The position numbers and the translations under genes were made by a program. Positions 1 through 9,387 of a stretch of DNA of 34,719 nucleotides are shown piece after piece. The notes under the pieces are model-generated. The model did not search any database. It was not told where the DNA came from and saw only the letters and a program-made list of their open reading frames with translations. How positions within the stretch are numbered: the stretch's first letter is position 1; each line of letters begins with the position of its first letter. Source of the stretch: an uncultured archaeon (GTDB lineage: Archaea > Asgardarchaeota > Lokiarchaeia > Sigyniarchaeales > SOKP01); assembly GCA_964508365.1 (NCBI GenBank), contig CAZDTP010000043.1, forward strand, positions 1 through 34,719, in the 5' to 3' direction.

Positions 1-87
1 GCAATTGATGAAGATAGAAAAAGAGAGATCGTAAAAATTTTAAGAAATCTAATTAATAACGATAATATAGAGATAAATTATTATTAG
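1..87 (+). CDS. 3' end of an upstream gene (partial, unknown product)
   Basis: Frame 1 is open from the window edge (AIDEDRKREIVKILRNLINNDNIEINYY) to TAG at 85-87. Confidence 0.55.
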   Translation, partial: AIDEDRKREIVKILRNLINNDNIEINYY

Positions 88-123
88 TTTTTGTATATAT
101 TCATATTTCTAACGGCAGTGACG

Positions 124-1131
124 ATGAGTAAAAAAGAATTTATTATTGGAGCAGATATTGGAGGTACTTGGATTCGAGTTGCTATATGTCCTATTGAATT
201 AACAAAAGAGGCAATTATGATTAAGACGATTCAGACTCCAAAGATAAATGAATATTCGATCAGTAATGCAATAATCTCCTTAATCACTCAACTACTGATT
301 GATAATAATATTGAGAAGGACCAAATCTTAGGAATTGGTTTAGCTTCCGCTGGGCCGATAAATATAGAAAGTGGGGAAGTTTTCAATAATGCGAACTTGG
401 GTTTTAAGGAAATTCCACTAAAAAAACCAATCCAAGAAAAATTTTTGGACGTTCCTATTTATCTGATTAACGATTGTAACGCTTCAATTTTAGCAATTCA
501 TTATTTTGAAGCAAGTGACGATGAAAAAGATAATATAGTTTATATTACGATGTCAACAGGAATTGGGGGCGGAGTTATTTGTAACGGACGTCTACTTCTC
601 GGTAAGGAGGGTAATGCTGCAGAAATTGGGCATGGAATTGTAAATCACCAGAGCATATTCCAATGTAATTGTGGTGCGTTTGGTTGTTGGGAAGTATATA
701 GTTCTGGTACTGGAGTTAGAAACAGGGCTTTAGAAGCAATTAAAACATCCAGTTTCAGTTCGAAAATTTTGATGTTTATGGTTGATAACGATGAAACAAA
801 AATCACTGCAAAAGAACTGTTTCAAGCAGCAAAAGGAGGAGATAAATTTTCCAAGAGTATAGTCGATCAATGCATCTTTTATACTAAGGTGGGGGTTGGT
901 TTAGTGAACAATTTTTATGACTGTGCTTCAATATATTTTGGAGGAGCTATGATGAAAGATAGTGATTTAATTCTACCACCCCTGATTGAACAATTCAAAA
1001 CAGAACCTATCTTATTTACTATTAATACTCCACCTCAACTTAAAGTAACCAAAAATTTAGACAAAATAGGCATAATGGGAGCTTTAACGCTGGTTAAATA
1101 TAAATTGGAAGGGAACCCATTAATCTTATAA
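124..1131 (+). CDS. ROK family sugar kinase (glucokinase-like)
   Basis: N-terminal ADIGGT phosphate-1 motif, LINDCNA, STGIGGG, AEIGH and Zn motif CNCGAFGCWE. ATG at 124 preferred over TTG at 91. Confidence 0.92.
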   Translation: MSKKEFIIGADIGGTWIRVAICPIELTKEAIMIKTIQTPKINEYSISNAIISLITQLLIDNNIEKDQILGIGLASAGPINIESGEVFNNANLGFKEIPLKKPIQEKFLDVPIYLINDCNASILAIHYFEASDDEKDNIVYITMSTGIGGGVICNGRLLLGKEGNAAEIGHGIVNHQSIFQCNCGAFGCWEVYSSGTGVRNRALEAIKTSSFSSKILMFMVDNDETKITAKELFQAAKGGDKFSKSIVDQCIFYTKVGVGLVNNFYDCASIYFGGAMMKDSDLILPPLIEQFKTEPILFTINTPPQLKVTKNLDKIGIMGALTLVKYKLEGNPLIL

Positions 1132-1154
1132 AAGTTTTCAATCCACGATAAATC

Positions 1155-2597
1155 ATGGAAAGAAATGGCTTAATTTTCACTTTTAGTGGAATCCGAGGGA
1201 TATTTGGAAAGGATTTAAACTTTGAAATCGCAAAGAAAATTGCTATTTCGTTTGGCAAGGGGGTTGATAGTGAAAATAGAGAAGTCATCGTGGGACGCGA
1301 CACAAGACCAAGTGGTAAGTTTATCGAAAAGGGCATAGTCGAAGGATTAGTTGCGACGGGATTTAAGGTAATCAATGTAGGAATATGTCCAACGCCAATT
1401 ATCATTCATACTAAAAACCTGTTTAATATACCCGCTGGAATTATAATTACAGGATCTCATAATTCAAGTGAATGGAACGGTCTTAAACTTTTATCATCGA
1501 TTACTTATTTACATAATAGTGATCTAGAAGTGATCTCTCGTTCTTTAAAGAATATTAATTTCGGAAATTATAACACGAATAGCAAGGCAATAAAGAGAAA
1601 TGTTAGATTCATTAACCCAATTCCGAATTATATTAAAACGCTTTATAATCATATAAATATAAACAATATTACAAAAGATAATTCTCTTAGAGTAGTCCTT
1701 GATACAGGAGCAGGAGCAGGAAAATGTGCTACACCTCAAATTCTTGCTGGTCTGGGGTGTGAAGTTAAGATTATCAATAACGATCTACTTGTAAACGATA
1801 CTTTTCCGAGAGAGATTGAACCAATATCTAAAAACCTAAAAGATATAATTATGGAAGTGTGGCAAGGTAAATTTGACGTAGGTTTCGCCCACGATTCCGA
1901 TGCAGATCGACTTGCGATTATAGGTGAAAATGGGGTTTGTTACCCTGAAGATATTGGATTAGCACTTATAACTGAATATTTTCTAAAGAATAATATTAAC
2001 CAAGCTAAAGAGTTCATATTTGTTACAAATTTAGCTTCTTCGCTCATGTTTGAAGTTATAGCTGAGAAATATAATGCACAAGTAATAAGAACCCAAATTG
2101 GAGAGATATTTTTGGTTGAAAAAATGCATAATCTCTTGAATGAACAAACGAAATCTTCAATGAACCGATATATTTTTGGCGGAGAAGGCTCCTGTGGTGG
2201 AGTTATATTTCCTGATTTTAACAATACTAGGGACGGTCTTTTTGCAGCAGCTAAAATTATTGAAATCATGGTTGAAACAGAAGAGAGCATATCGAAACTT
2301 GTCTCTCGACTTCCAAAGTTCTTTTCCCATCGAAAACAAATTAGCGTAAATCCTAAAGATGTCAAAGCAATTATATCTGGAGTTAAACAAGAATTGATTA
2401 GCGAAGGCGAAGAAGTCAATCAATATGGGAATGATCTAAGGTTTGGTAAAGAAAAAGAGTCGTTTGTTCTAATCCACCCGTCAAATACAGAGCCACTAAT
2501 TAGAGTTATTTGCGAGGCAAAAGTTGATTCTTTAGCGCGGATCTTCTGTGAAACAACGACAGAACTAATAAAAATAGTAATTGAGAATCAACCTTAA
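1155..2597 (+). CDS. Phosphohexomutase superfamily (phosphoglucomutase/phosphomannomutase/GlmM-like)
   Basis: FSGIRG, GRDTR, phosphoserine loop TGSHN, metal loop HDSDADR, GGEGS sugar-binding loop, C-terminal PSNTEPLIRV. Confidence 0.92.
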   Translation: MERNGLIFTFSGIRGIFGKDLNFEIAKKIAISFGKGVDSENREVIVGRDTRPSGKFIEKGIVEGLVATGFKVINVGICPTPIIIHTKNLFNIPAGIIITGSHNSSEWNGLKLLSSITYLHNSDLEVISRSLKNINFGNYNTNSKAIKRNVRFINPIPNYIKTLYNHININNITKDNSLRVVLDTGAGAGKCATPQILAGLGCEVKIINNDLLVNDTFPREIEPISKNLKDIIMEVWQGKFDVGFAHDSDADRLAIIGENGVCYPEDIGLALITEYFLKNNINQAKEFIFVTNLASSLMFEVIAEKYNAQVIRTQIGEIFLVEKMHNLLNEQTKSSMNRYIFGGEGSCGGVIFPDFNNTRDGLFAAAKIIEIMVETEESISKLVSRLPKFFSHRKQISVNPKDVKAIISGVKQELISEGEEVNQYGNDLRFGKEKESFVLIHPSNTEPLIRVICEAKVDSLARIFCETTTELIKIVIENQP

Positions 2598-2612
2598 GTA
2601 TTTTATTAAAAA

Positions 2613-4445
2613 TTAATTATTTAATTCCTTTAAAATAACATCAGCTAACTTTTTACCAACTATTTCAGCGATATCTTCAAGCGGAGCTTGCTTGATATTG
2701 TTCACGCTTCCAAATTTTTTAAGTAGCTTATTTCTAGTCGCAGGTCCTATCCCTTTGATATCGTCTAAAACCGATCTTTTCACGCGATTCTCCCGTTGCT
2801 TTTTGTGGAGTTTGACAGCGAAGCGGTGAGCTTCATCTCTAACTCTCTGAAAAATTTTAAGGAGATTAGAATTTTTAGGTAGAATTATAGGATTCTTCTC
2901 GTTAGGAACAAAAATCTCTTCAAATTTTTTAGCTAATCCAATGATTGGAATGCCTTCAATACCGAGTTCTTTTAAAACAGAATATCCCGCATTAAGTTGC
3001 CCCTTTCCCCCATCAACAAGAATTAAATCAGGTAATGATAAATTGTTCTCAATTAACATTGTATATCTTCGATTTATCACTTCTTTCATCATTGCTACAT
3101 CGTCGGGAGTAGATTTTGTGCGAATTTTGAAGTGCCGGTAATATTTAGTATACGGACGCCCTTCGAGAAAATAAACCATAGAACCGGTTGCATCTGTTCC
3201 TTCGATATTTGAAATATCAAATCCTTCAATAATCCTTGGTATTTTAGGTAAATGAAATATCTCTTTAGCTTCTTCCAGAGCTTTCTGAATTTGGTTTTCT
3301 TCTTTTCTTTCAATTTCTTCCATTTTTATTTCTTGATCTACTATTACTTTTGCGTTCTTATTAGCTATTCTAAGTAAACCATATTCGTCTTCAAGAGGAA
3401 CCCTTATTTTTATGTTTGTTTTATGTTCGTCAAGGATTTCCCTAAACAAATTAATTTCTTCATATATTTCGGGAATTACTATTATATCAGGTAAATTGTG
3501 TGTAAGGTCTTGGTAAAATTGTTCCAATATCGAAGGGAAAATAGCATTCTTTTGAACGATTTTATCTGCTATATTCACAGGAAAAGCGCTTTTATTAGCT
3601 ATTTTTCCATCGCGAATGTGAATTATTACCATTGCAATATATTTCTGCTCATCGTCTTTAAAATAGCCTATAATGTCCTTATTTTCTTTACGATCTAATA
3701 AAACATTTTGAGAGACTGTTGAATTATCAATAGCTTGGAGTTTATCTCTCCAAAAACCAGCTATTTCGTAACTTTGTTTTTGAGCCGCATTCTTCATCTT
3801 TTCATTAATCTGCTCTTTTAATTCATCTGTTTGTCCTTTGAGAAACATCTCTATTTGCTTCACATTTTGTATATAATCTTCTTCTGTTATAGCTTCGATA
3901 CAAGGTCCCGGACATAGTTTTAATTGATAATACAGACACGGTCTTTTCTTTATTTTTACTCTTTTTTTACAAGAACAATATGGGAAGATCTTACGTAAAT
4001 CACGTAATATTCTAGTGATTTCCTTTTTATCAGTAAAAGGCCCCAAAAAAAAGTTTTCTTTTGAATATTTTTCTGGACCTCTTATGATTCTGATTCTTGG
4101 AAATTTTTCTGAATAAAAAAACCCAACCCAAGGATATGTCTTTGAGTCGCGCATTACCACATTAAAACGCGGTAGATATTTCTTAATTTGTATATTTTCT
4201 AGTATTTTTGCTTCTTTTTCGTTTTCTGTAACTATATATTCAATAGATTGAATATTTTTAACGAGTTCCTTGATTTTCTCTTCGTAGTATGGATCGTTAT
4301 AATTAGTTTTGAGAAAGTACTGATTTACCCTTTTCTTTAAATTTATAGCTTTCCCGATATAAATAATAGTCCTTTTTTTATTGAGGAAAAAATATACACC
4401 TGGCTCGTTGGGCAAGCTTTTTCGCTCTAGGTCAATTTTACTCAT
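2613..4445 (-). CDS. uvrC: Excinuclease ABC subunit C
   Basis: GIY-YIG domain (PGVY...IYIGKA..L..RV), Cys-rich CLYYQLKLCPGPC, UVR coiled coil, RNase H-like domain (IEGFDISN, DLILVDGGKGQL, RDEAHRFA), C-terminal HhH (IKGIGP). Confidence 0.97.
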   Translation of the reverse strand: MSKIDLERKSLPNEPGVYFFLNKKRTIIYIGKAINLKKRVNQYFLKTNYNDPYYEEKIKELVKNIQSIEYIVTENEKEAKILENIQIKKYLPRFNVVMRDSKTYPWVGFFYSEKFPRIRIIRGPEKYSKENFFLGPFTDKKEITRILRDLRKIFPYCSCKKRVKIKKRPCLYYQLKLCPGPCIEAITEEDYIQNVKQIEMFLKGQTDELKEQINEKMKNAAQKQSYEIAGFWRDKLQAIDNSTVSQNVLLDRKENKDIIGYFKDDEQKYIAMVIIHIRDGKIANKSAFPVNIADKIVQKNAIFPSILEQFYQDLTHNLPDIIVIPEIYEEINLFREILDEHKTNIKIRVPLEDEYGLLRIANKNAKVIVDQEIKMEEIERKEENQIQKALEEAKEIFHLPKIPRIIEGFDISNIEGTDATGSMVYFLEGRPYTKYYRHFKIRTKSTPDDVAMMKEVINRRYTMLIENNLSLPDLILVDGGKGQLNAGYSVLKELGIEGIPIIGLAKKFEEIFVPNEKNPIILPKNSNLLKIFQRVRDEAHRFAVKLHKKQRENRVKRSVLDDIKGIGPATRNKLLKKFGSVNNIKQAPLEDIAEIVGKKLADVILKELNN

Positions 4446-4672
4446 TTTTTTTAATATTTTTAGTTTTTCAAATATAAATTAGAAATTTAAGTTAAAAATC
4501 GTTTCTACTAAATGGTAGATTACTATATTAATAATGAAAGAGACTAAATGTTATTTATGATTATAGAATATAGCTACCAATTTTTAGATGAGAAAGATCA
4601 GAAGATTAATTTTTGCTAATTCCCTTTCACGCTAAAAAACAATATAAGAATAAATAACTTAAGAATAATAAA

Positions 4673-4882
4673 ATGACGCATATTAAAATTTGCCCAAAAT
4701 GTAAGCATGCAACATTAAAAAGTGCTGTCAATGTTTCTGGTTGGTTAGCACCAGATATGTACGAGTGTACTTCATGTAATTATATTGGTCCTCTTTTTAT
4801 AGAAATCGATCCTGAGGATTTTAAAGAAGATAATGACTCTTATGAAGGTGGTACCAGTAATAAAGAATACAGTGAAAAGTAG
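4673..4882 (+). CDS. Small Zn-ribbon protein with acidic tail
   Basis: CPKC and CTSC knuckles; lies 33 nt upstream of the R15P isomerase gene on the same strand. Confidence 0.7.
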   Translation: MTHIKICPKCKHATLKSAVNVSGWLAPDMYECTSCNYIGPLFIEIDPEDFKEDNDSYEGGTSNKEYSEK

Positions 4883-4915
4883 TGGCTGTTTTTATATTAA
4901 ATAAGAAATAAATAG

Positions 4916-5866
4916 GTGAATGAAATTAAACAATTGTTAAAAGATGCTGAAAAGATTAAATCGTTAGAAATACAGGGAGCGACAAATATAGCCCTAATGG
5001 CTATCGATTTTTTGAATAGTTATGCCCAAAGGCTAACGGATAATAATACTGAAGAACAGTTTTTAAATAAATTAGAAGAAGCAAAGGAGATACTGTTTAA
5101 TGCCCGCTCCACTGAACCAGCGTTGAGAAATGGACTAAATTTCATAACAAATAGATTGAAAAAACTTAAACACGAATTCAAAGAAGATCACTTTTTAGAG
5201 TTAATAAATCGCTATAAAAATGAATATCAAACAATAATTCAAAATTCGAAAAAAAAGATAGCTGAAATTGGAGCTAGAAGAATTCCTTTTGTAGAATCAG
5301 ATGATGACTACATCATTATGACCCATTGTCACTCGTCTGTTGTAACGGGTATCTTATTAGAAGCAAGAGCGCAAGGAAAGCACTTTGAAGTGATAAATAC
5401 CGAAACCCAACCCCGCCTTCAAGGAAGAAAAACAGCGAAAGAGTTATTAGACGCTGGAATAAAAGTTTATCATGTTGTGGATAGTGCTATGCGGTGGGCT
5501 GTAAATCATAACGAGGTTAGTCTTATTCTTATTGGAGCAGATAGTGTTACAAGTGAGGGAACTGTTTTAAACAAAATAGGATCAAGATTATTAGCTTTAG
5601 TTGCCCATGAAGAACACGTTCCGTTTTATGTTGCTACTCCCCTTTTGAAATATAATCCTCAAACTTCATTTGGTGTTATAGAAAAAATTGAAATGCGAGA
5701 AAGTTCAGAGATATGGGAGAATCCACCAGCAGGTTTGGAAATTTTAAATCCTGCCTTTGAAACTGTAAGTAGGAGGTATATAGACGGTCTAATTACAGAG
5801 GCGGGAATTTTTGCGAGTAGCCATGTACATAATTACTTTGAAAAATTGTATCCAGAGATGATTTAA
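4916..5866 (+). CDS. Ribose-1,5-bisphosphate isomerase (eIF-2B alpha/beta/delta family)
   Basis: IQGATNIA, RSTEPAL, THCHSSVV (catalytic Cys region), ETQPRLQG, IGADSV, NKIGS, NPAFE; adjacent to RuBisCO. Confidence 0.9.
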   Translation: MNEIKQLLKDAEKIKSLEIQGATNIALMAIDFLNSYAQRLTDNNTEEQFLNKLEEAKEILFNARSTEPALRNGLNFITNRLKKLKHEFKEDHFLELINRYKNEYQTIIQNSKKKIAEIGARRIPFVESDDDYIIMTHCHSSVVTGILLEARAQGKHFEVINTETQPRLQGRKTAKELLDAGIKVYHVVDSAMRWAVNHNEVSLILIGADSVTSEGTVLNKIGSRLLALVAHEEHVPFYVATPLLKYNPQTSFGVIEKIEMRESSEIWENPPAGLEILNPAFETVSRRYIDGLITEAGIFASSHVHNYFEKLYPEMI

Positions 5867-5875
5867 ATTAAGTTT

Positions 5876-5883
5876 AAGGTGAT
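5876..5883 (+). promoter_or_regulatory. Shine-Dalgarno-like AAGGTGAT upstream of rbcL
   Basis: Archaeal GGTGA core a few nucleotides upstream of the in-frame ATT at 5890. Confidence 0.55.
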
Positions 5884-5889
5884 ATAGAA

Positions 5890-7164
5890 ATTAAATATGA
5901 AGATTTTTTAGATTTAACATATGAACCAAATGAGGAAGACCTTATTTGCTTGTTTAAACTTAAACCTGCAAGCGGTTTTCCAATTGAAAAAGTAGCTATT
6001 AGGGTTGCTGCTGAAAGCAGTAACGGTACTTGGACGGCGCTTAAAATTCCTGAACATATTCGAGCATTATGTGCTAAAGTTTATGAAATAAATAATAATT
6101 ATGTAAAAATCGCATATCCCAACGATTTATTTGAGGAAGGTAATATGCCTCAAATTTTAAGTTCTATTGCCGGAAATATATTTGGTATGAAAGCTTTAGA
6201 TGGTTTAAGGTTAGTCGATGTGAAGTGGCCTAAAAACTTAATACATTCCTTTAAGGGACCTCAGTATGGAATAAAGGGAATTAGGGATTTACTTAAAATT
6301 AAGAAGAGACCAATTACAGCTACTGTTCCGAAACCCAAAGTAGGGTATTATGCTGAGGAGCACGCTCAACATGGCTACGAAATCTGGACAGGAGGAGTAG
6401 ATCTGTTAAAAGACGACGAAAACCTATCAAATCAAAAGTTTAACAGATTCGAAAAAAGGCTCGATCTTAGCATGAAAATGAGGGATAAAGCAGAAAATGA
6501 AACCGGAGAGAGAAAGAGTTACTTAATAAATATTTCCGCTGAAGTAGACGAAATGAAGCGTCGTGCGAAGCTAGTGAAAGATTTTAACAACGAATATGTT
6601 ATGATCGACATATTGACTATTGGTTGGGCAGCAGTTCAAACTGTTAGAGAGGAATGTGAAAAATTGGGTTTAGCTATACATGCTCATAGAGCGTTTCATG
6701 CTGCTTTTGATAGAAATCCTAATCATGGAATGAGCATGAAAGTTCTTGCTGAAATAGCGAGAATACAAGGTGTAGATCAGCTTCACATAGGAGGTTTGGG
6801 AAAATTATCGGGCGATAAAAGAGAAGTGTTGAATAATTTTAAGAAAATTGCTAATAATTCGAATGAAGCCGATTTGGAGGTCCTACCACAGGTTTGGCAT
6901 GGAATGAAGAATGTTTTAAGCGTATGTTCAGGAGGAGTTCATCCGGGAATAATTCATCGTTTAATCGAGCTTTTATCAAAAGATATTGTTGTTCAAGTCG
7001 GAGGAGGTGTGTTTGGTCACCCTGGTGGTACACAAAGCGGTGCGAAAGCCTTAAGACAAGCAATTAATGCTTACATGGATAACATTAGCGTAAATGAATA
7101 CGCTAAAAGTCATGCCGAATTAAAGCAAGCATTAGATTTGTGGGGAGACGAAACACCGATATAA
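5890..7164 (+). CDS. rbcL: RuBisCO large subunit, form III-type
   Basis: AAESSNGTWT, catalytic PKPK, carbamylation motif DLLKDDE, HAHRAFH, DQLHIG..GKL, SGG, GGG. The frame extends upstream of the ORF-track TTG (5950) with RuBisCO-like KYEDFLDLTYEP; proposed start is ATT at 5890. Confidence 0.95.
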   Translation: MKYEDFLDLTYEPNEEDLICLFKLKPASGFPIEKVAIRVAAESSNGTWTALKIPEHIRALCAKVYEINNNYVKIAYPNDLFEEGNMPQILSSIAGNIFGMKALDGLRLVDVKWPKNLIHSFKGPQYGIKGIRDLLKIKKRPITATVPKPKVGYYAEEHAQHGYEIWTGGVDLLKDDENLSNQKFNRFEKRLDLSMKMRDKAENETGERKSYLINISAEVDEMKRRAKLVKDFNNEYVMIDILTIGWAAVQTVREECEKLGLAIHAHRAFHAAFDRNPNHGMSMKVLAEIARIQGVDQLHIGGLGKLSGDKREVLNNFKKIANNSNEADLEVLPQVWHGMKNVLSVCSGGVHPGIIHRLIELLSKDIVVQVGGGVFGHPGGTQSGAKALRQAINAYMDNISVNEYAKSHAELKQALDLWGDETPI

Positions 7165-7261
7165 CTCTATTTTGATATTATCTACTCAACCTTGTTTTTG
7201 TCATATTTTTATTGGAAAAAGATTAATAATGTCCTTAATTATAATATAGAGTGATTAGAAT

Positions 7262-7573
7262 TTGAGTGAAGATAATACTAAAGAATTAACAATTGATGTA
7301 AAAGAATTAAGCCTTGAAAAGGAACAATATATTGAGGATCTATTAAGATTTCTCGAAGAACAGTTACCGCAAATAGAAATTTCTCGAAGTGGAAACAGTA
7401 TCGAATTGATTGTTCCAAGTAAAATGTCAAAAAGAGTAATTAAATTAAGGATCAAGAAGTTTCTATATCGAAAAAATTTAACAGAGAAATACAGACCGAT
7501 TTCTTATAATACCTCAGATATTGAAGGTTATAGAATTAAGGAGAAAAGATCTTTAGAATTAACCTATTACTAA
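7262..7573 (+). CDS. rpl22e: Ribosomal protein eL22 (L22e) homolog
   Basis: FLEEQL...ISRSGNSIEL...SKRVIKLRIKKFLYRKNL aligns by eye with eukaryotic eL22 FLQERI...IERSKSKIT...SKRYLKYLTKKYLKKNNL; length fits. Confidence 0.75.
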   Translation: MSEDNTKELTIDVKELSLEKEQYIEDLLRFLEEQLPQIEISRSGNSIELIVPSKMSKRVIKLRIKKFLYRKNLTEKYRPISYNTSDIEGYRIKEKRSLELTYY

Positions 7574-7620
7574 CTCATCTATAACAAACCTATATTAATA
7601 TTAAAATATATATTTCTAAC

Positions 7621-8583
7621 GTGTCAAGTATAGAAATTGTCATCAAGTCAATCGATGATTTGCTAAGGTGCATAAACCTTTCAAGTTTGTTAGAACTTTC
7701 TGGATGGCCAAAACCAGGAAATGTACACAGAACGAAAAATTTTGAAAGCACAAGTTTTGAGCACTTTCTAGCAGGAATTTCTGCTATTCAGCCTAATTTT
7801 AGAATTCTATGCGAAAAAGTTTATAGTACTATTGAAAATGATAAGCAATCATTTAGTAACATCGAATTAGGTGTGTTTTTTAAAGAATCTGTTATAGAAA
7901 TGATGAAGTGGCAAACCGGAGGAAATGTAATATTAGGGCATATTCTCATCTTAGCTCCCCTCTCATCTGCCGCTTCAATATGTATAAAGTTAAAAAAACA
8001 TAGACTTATAGATTTTGAGTCAATTTTAACCAAGATTATAGAAGAAACAACAGTTAATGACACATTAAATTTATATGAGGCAATTAAAATTAGCAATCCA
8101 GGAGGATTAGGCCAAATTGATAATTATGATGTTAATGATCCAGGGGCATACAAAGAAATCATCCGTGATGATATAAATCTTAAAGAAATATTTAATAAAT
8201 CTCAAGATTACGATTTAATAAGCAGAGAGTATGCTACAGGATTTAAAATCGTTTTAAAGGAAGGTTTACCTTACTTTCTTGATAGTTTTAAGGAACATCG
8301 AAATATAAATAAAACAATAGTTAATACATATATGAAATTACTAGCTAATCATTTTGATACCTTGATTATCCGTAAAGCAGGTAAACCAGAAGCAATGAAA
8401 GTTTCAGAAATGGCTTCAAAAATCATTTCACAAGGAGGAATTTCTACTAATAAAGGATTAAATTTAACAATTAAATTTGATAAAAACATCCAAAAACGAA
8501 ATGGAAAGTTAAACCCTGGCACAACCGCAGACCTTTTGGCTGGAGTAATTTTCTGTGCTTTGTTATTTGGTTTGATTTTTTAA
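7621..8583 (+). CDS. citG: CitG family protein (triphosphoribosyl-dephospho-CoA synthase-like)
   Basis: PKPGNVHR, NVILG and the C-terminal LNPGTTADL signature. Confidence 0.85.
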   Translation: MSSIEIVIKSIDDLLRCINLSSLLELSGWPKPGNVHRTKNFESTSFEHFLAGISAIQPNFRILCEKVYSTIENDKQSFSNIELGVFFKESVIEMMKWQTGGNVILGHILILAPLSSAASICIKLKKHRLIDFESILTKIIEETTVNDTLNLYEAIKISNPGGLGQIDNYDVNDPGAYKEIIRDDINLKEIFNKSQDYDLISREYATGFKIVLKEGLPYFLDSFKEHRNINKTIVNTYMKLLANHFDTLIIRKAGKPEAMKVSEMASKIISQGGISTNKGLNLTIKFDKNIQKRNGKLNPGTTADLLAGVIFCALLFGLIF

Positions 8584-8715
8584 ATTTCGAAGCCATTAGA
8601 ATCATCGGTCAATCTCTTTGGAGGAATGGTAAATATTTTTAGATTTAGAAGGAAAAATTTTTGTTATTGAAATACTATCTTAAGTATAATAAAATTTCTT
8701 AAATCGTCCAAAAAA

Positions 8716-9063
8716 ATGCAATTTTGCGATGAATGTGGCTCTATGATGTTGCCCTCGACAGTGAATGGTCAGAAAGTTTTTAAATGTAAATGTGGCTGTA
8801 CCAAACCTCTTTCGGAGGAAAATATAGATTCTTATATCCTAAAAACCAAAATAGAACAACCAATTAGAAATGAAGTCTCAAACCTTACTGAAGTAATGAA
8901 ATGGAAGGAAGAAAATTTAAGAAGCGCAATTAAAAATTTTAAATGCAGTTGTGGCTACGACAAAGCACACTTAGAAACGAGGCAAACTAGAAGCGCAGAC
9001 GAGGGTATGACTCACTTTATCACCTGTTTAAGATGCGGTAAGATGCGAAAAATTGGATCGTAA
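8716..9063 (+). CDS. tfs: Transcription factor S (TFS; RPB9/C11-like)
   Basis: Two Zn ribbons (FCDECGS; CSC...CLRC) and QTRSADE with the catalytic DE hairpin. Confidence 0.9.
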   Translation: MQFCDECGSMMLPSTVNGQKVFKCKCGCTKPLSEENIDSYILKTKIEQPIRNEVSNLTEVMKWKEENLRSAIKNFKCSCGYDKAHLETRQTRSADEGMTHFITCLRCGKMRKIGS

Positions 9064-9369
9064 TTAATTTGTTAATTTTTCTAATATTTTTGGTTGAGAT
9101 ATATCCTCATCAAATCTAATTTGTATCGTTTTATTCGCATTTTTCGGTCCCGCAATTATTTGAATCTGATTGGTTGCAACATTTAGCTTTTTACTTAATA
9201 ATTTAATTAATTCTTTATTCGCCTTATTTTTAACGGGTTTAGAGATTAAATTAATTGAAATCCAAGAATCAATAAATTGGTTATATGTTATTTTTTGTAC
9301 TTTAGAGTTTGTTTTAACTTTTATCTTTAAAAAAATTGTACGCTCTGAGCTATCTTTGGAAAAAACCAT
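9064..9369 (-). CDS. DUF167/YggU (UPF0235) family protein
   Basis: KVKTNSK...PVKNKANKELIKLLSK...IQIIAG..NANK pattern. Confidence 0.8.
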   Translation of the reverse strand: MVFSKDSSERTIFLKIKVKTNSKVQKITYNQFIDSWISINLISKPVKNKANKELIKLLSKKLNVATNQIQIIAGPKNANKTIQIRFDEDISQPKILEKLTN

Positions 9370-9387
9370 GATAATGATTCCTTAACC

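Noticed and set aside
4916-5866. True eIF2B subunit or methylthioribose-1-phosphate isomerase
   Set aside because: Same family, but adjacency to form III RuBisCO and the CHS motif favour R15P isomerase. Not excluded without a phylogeny.
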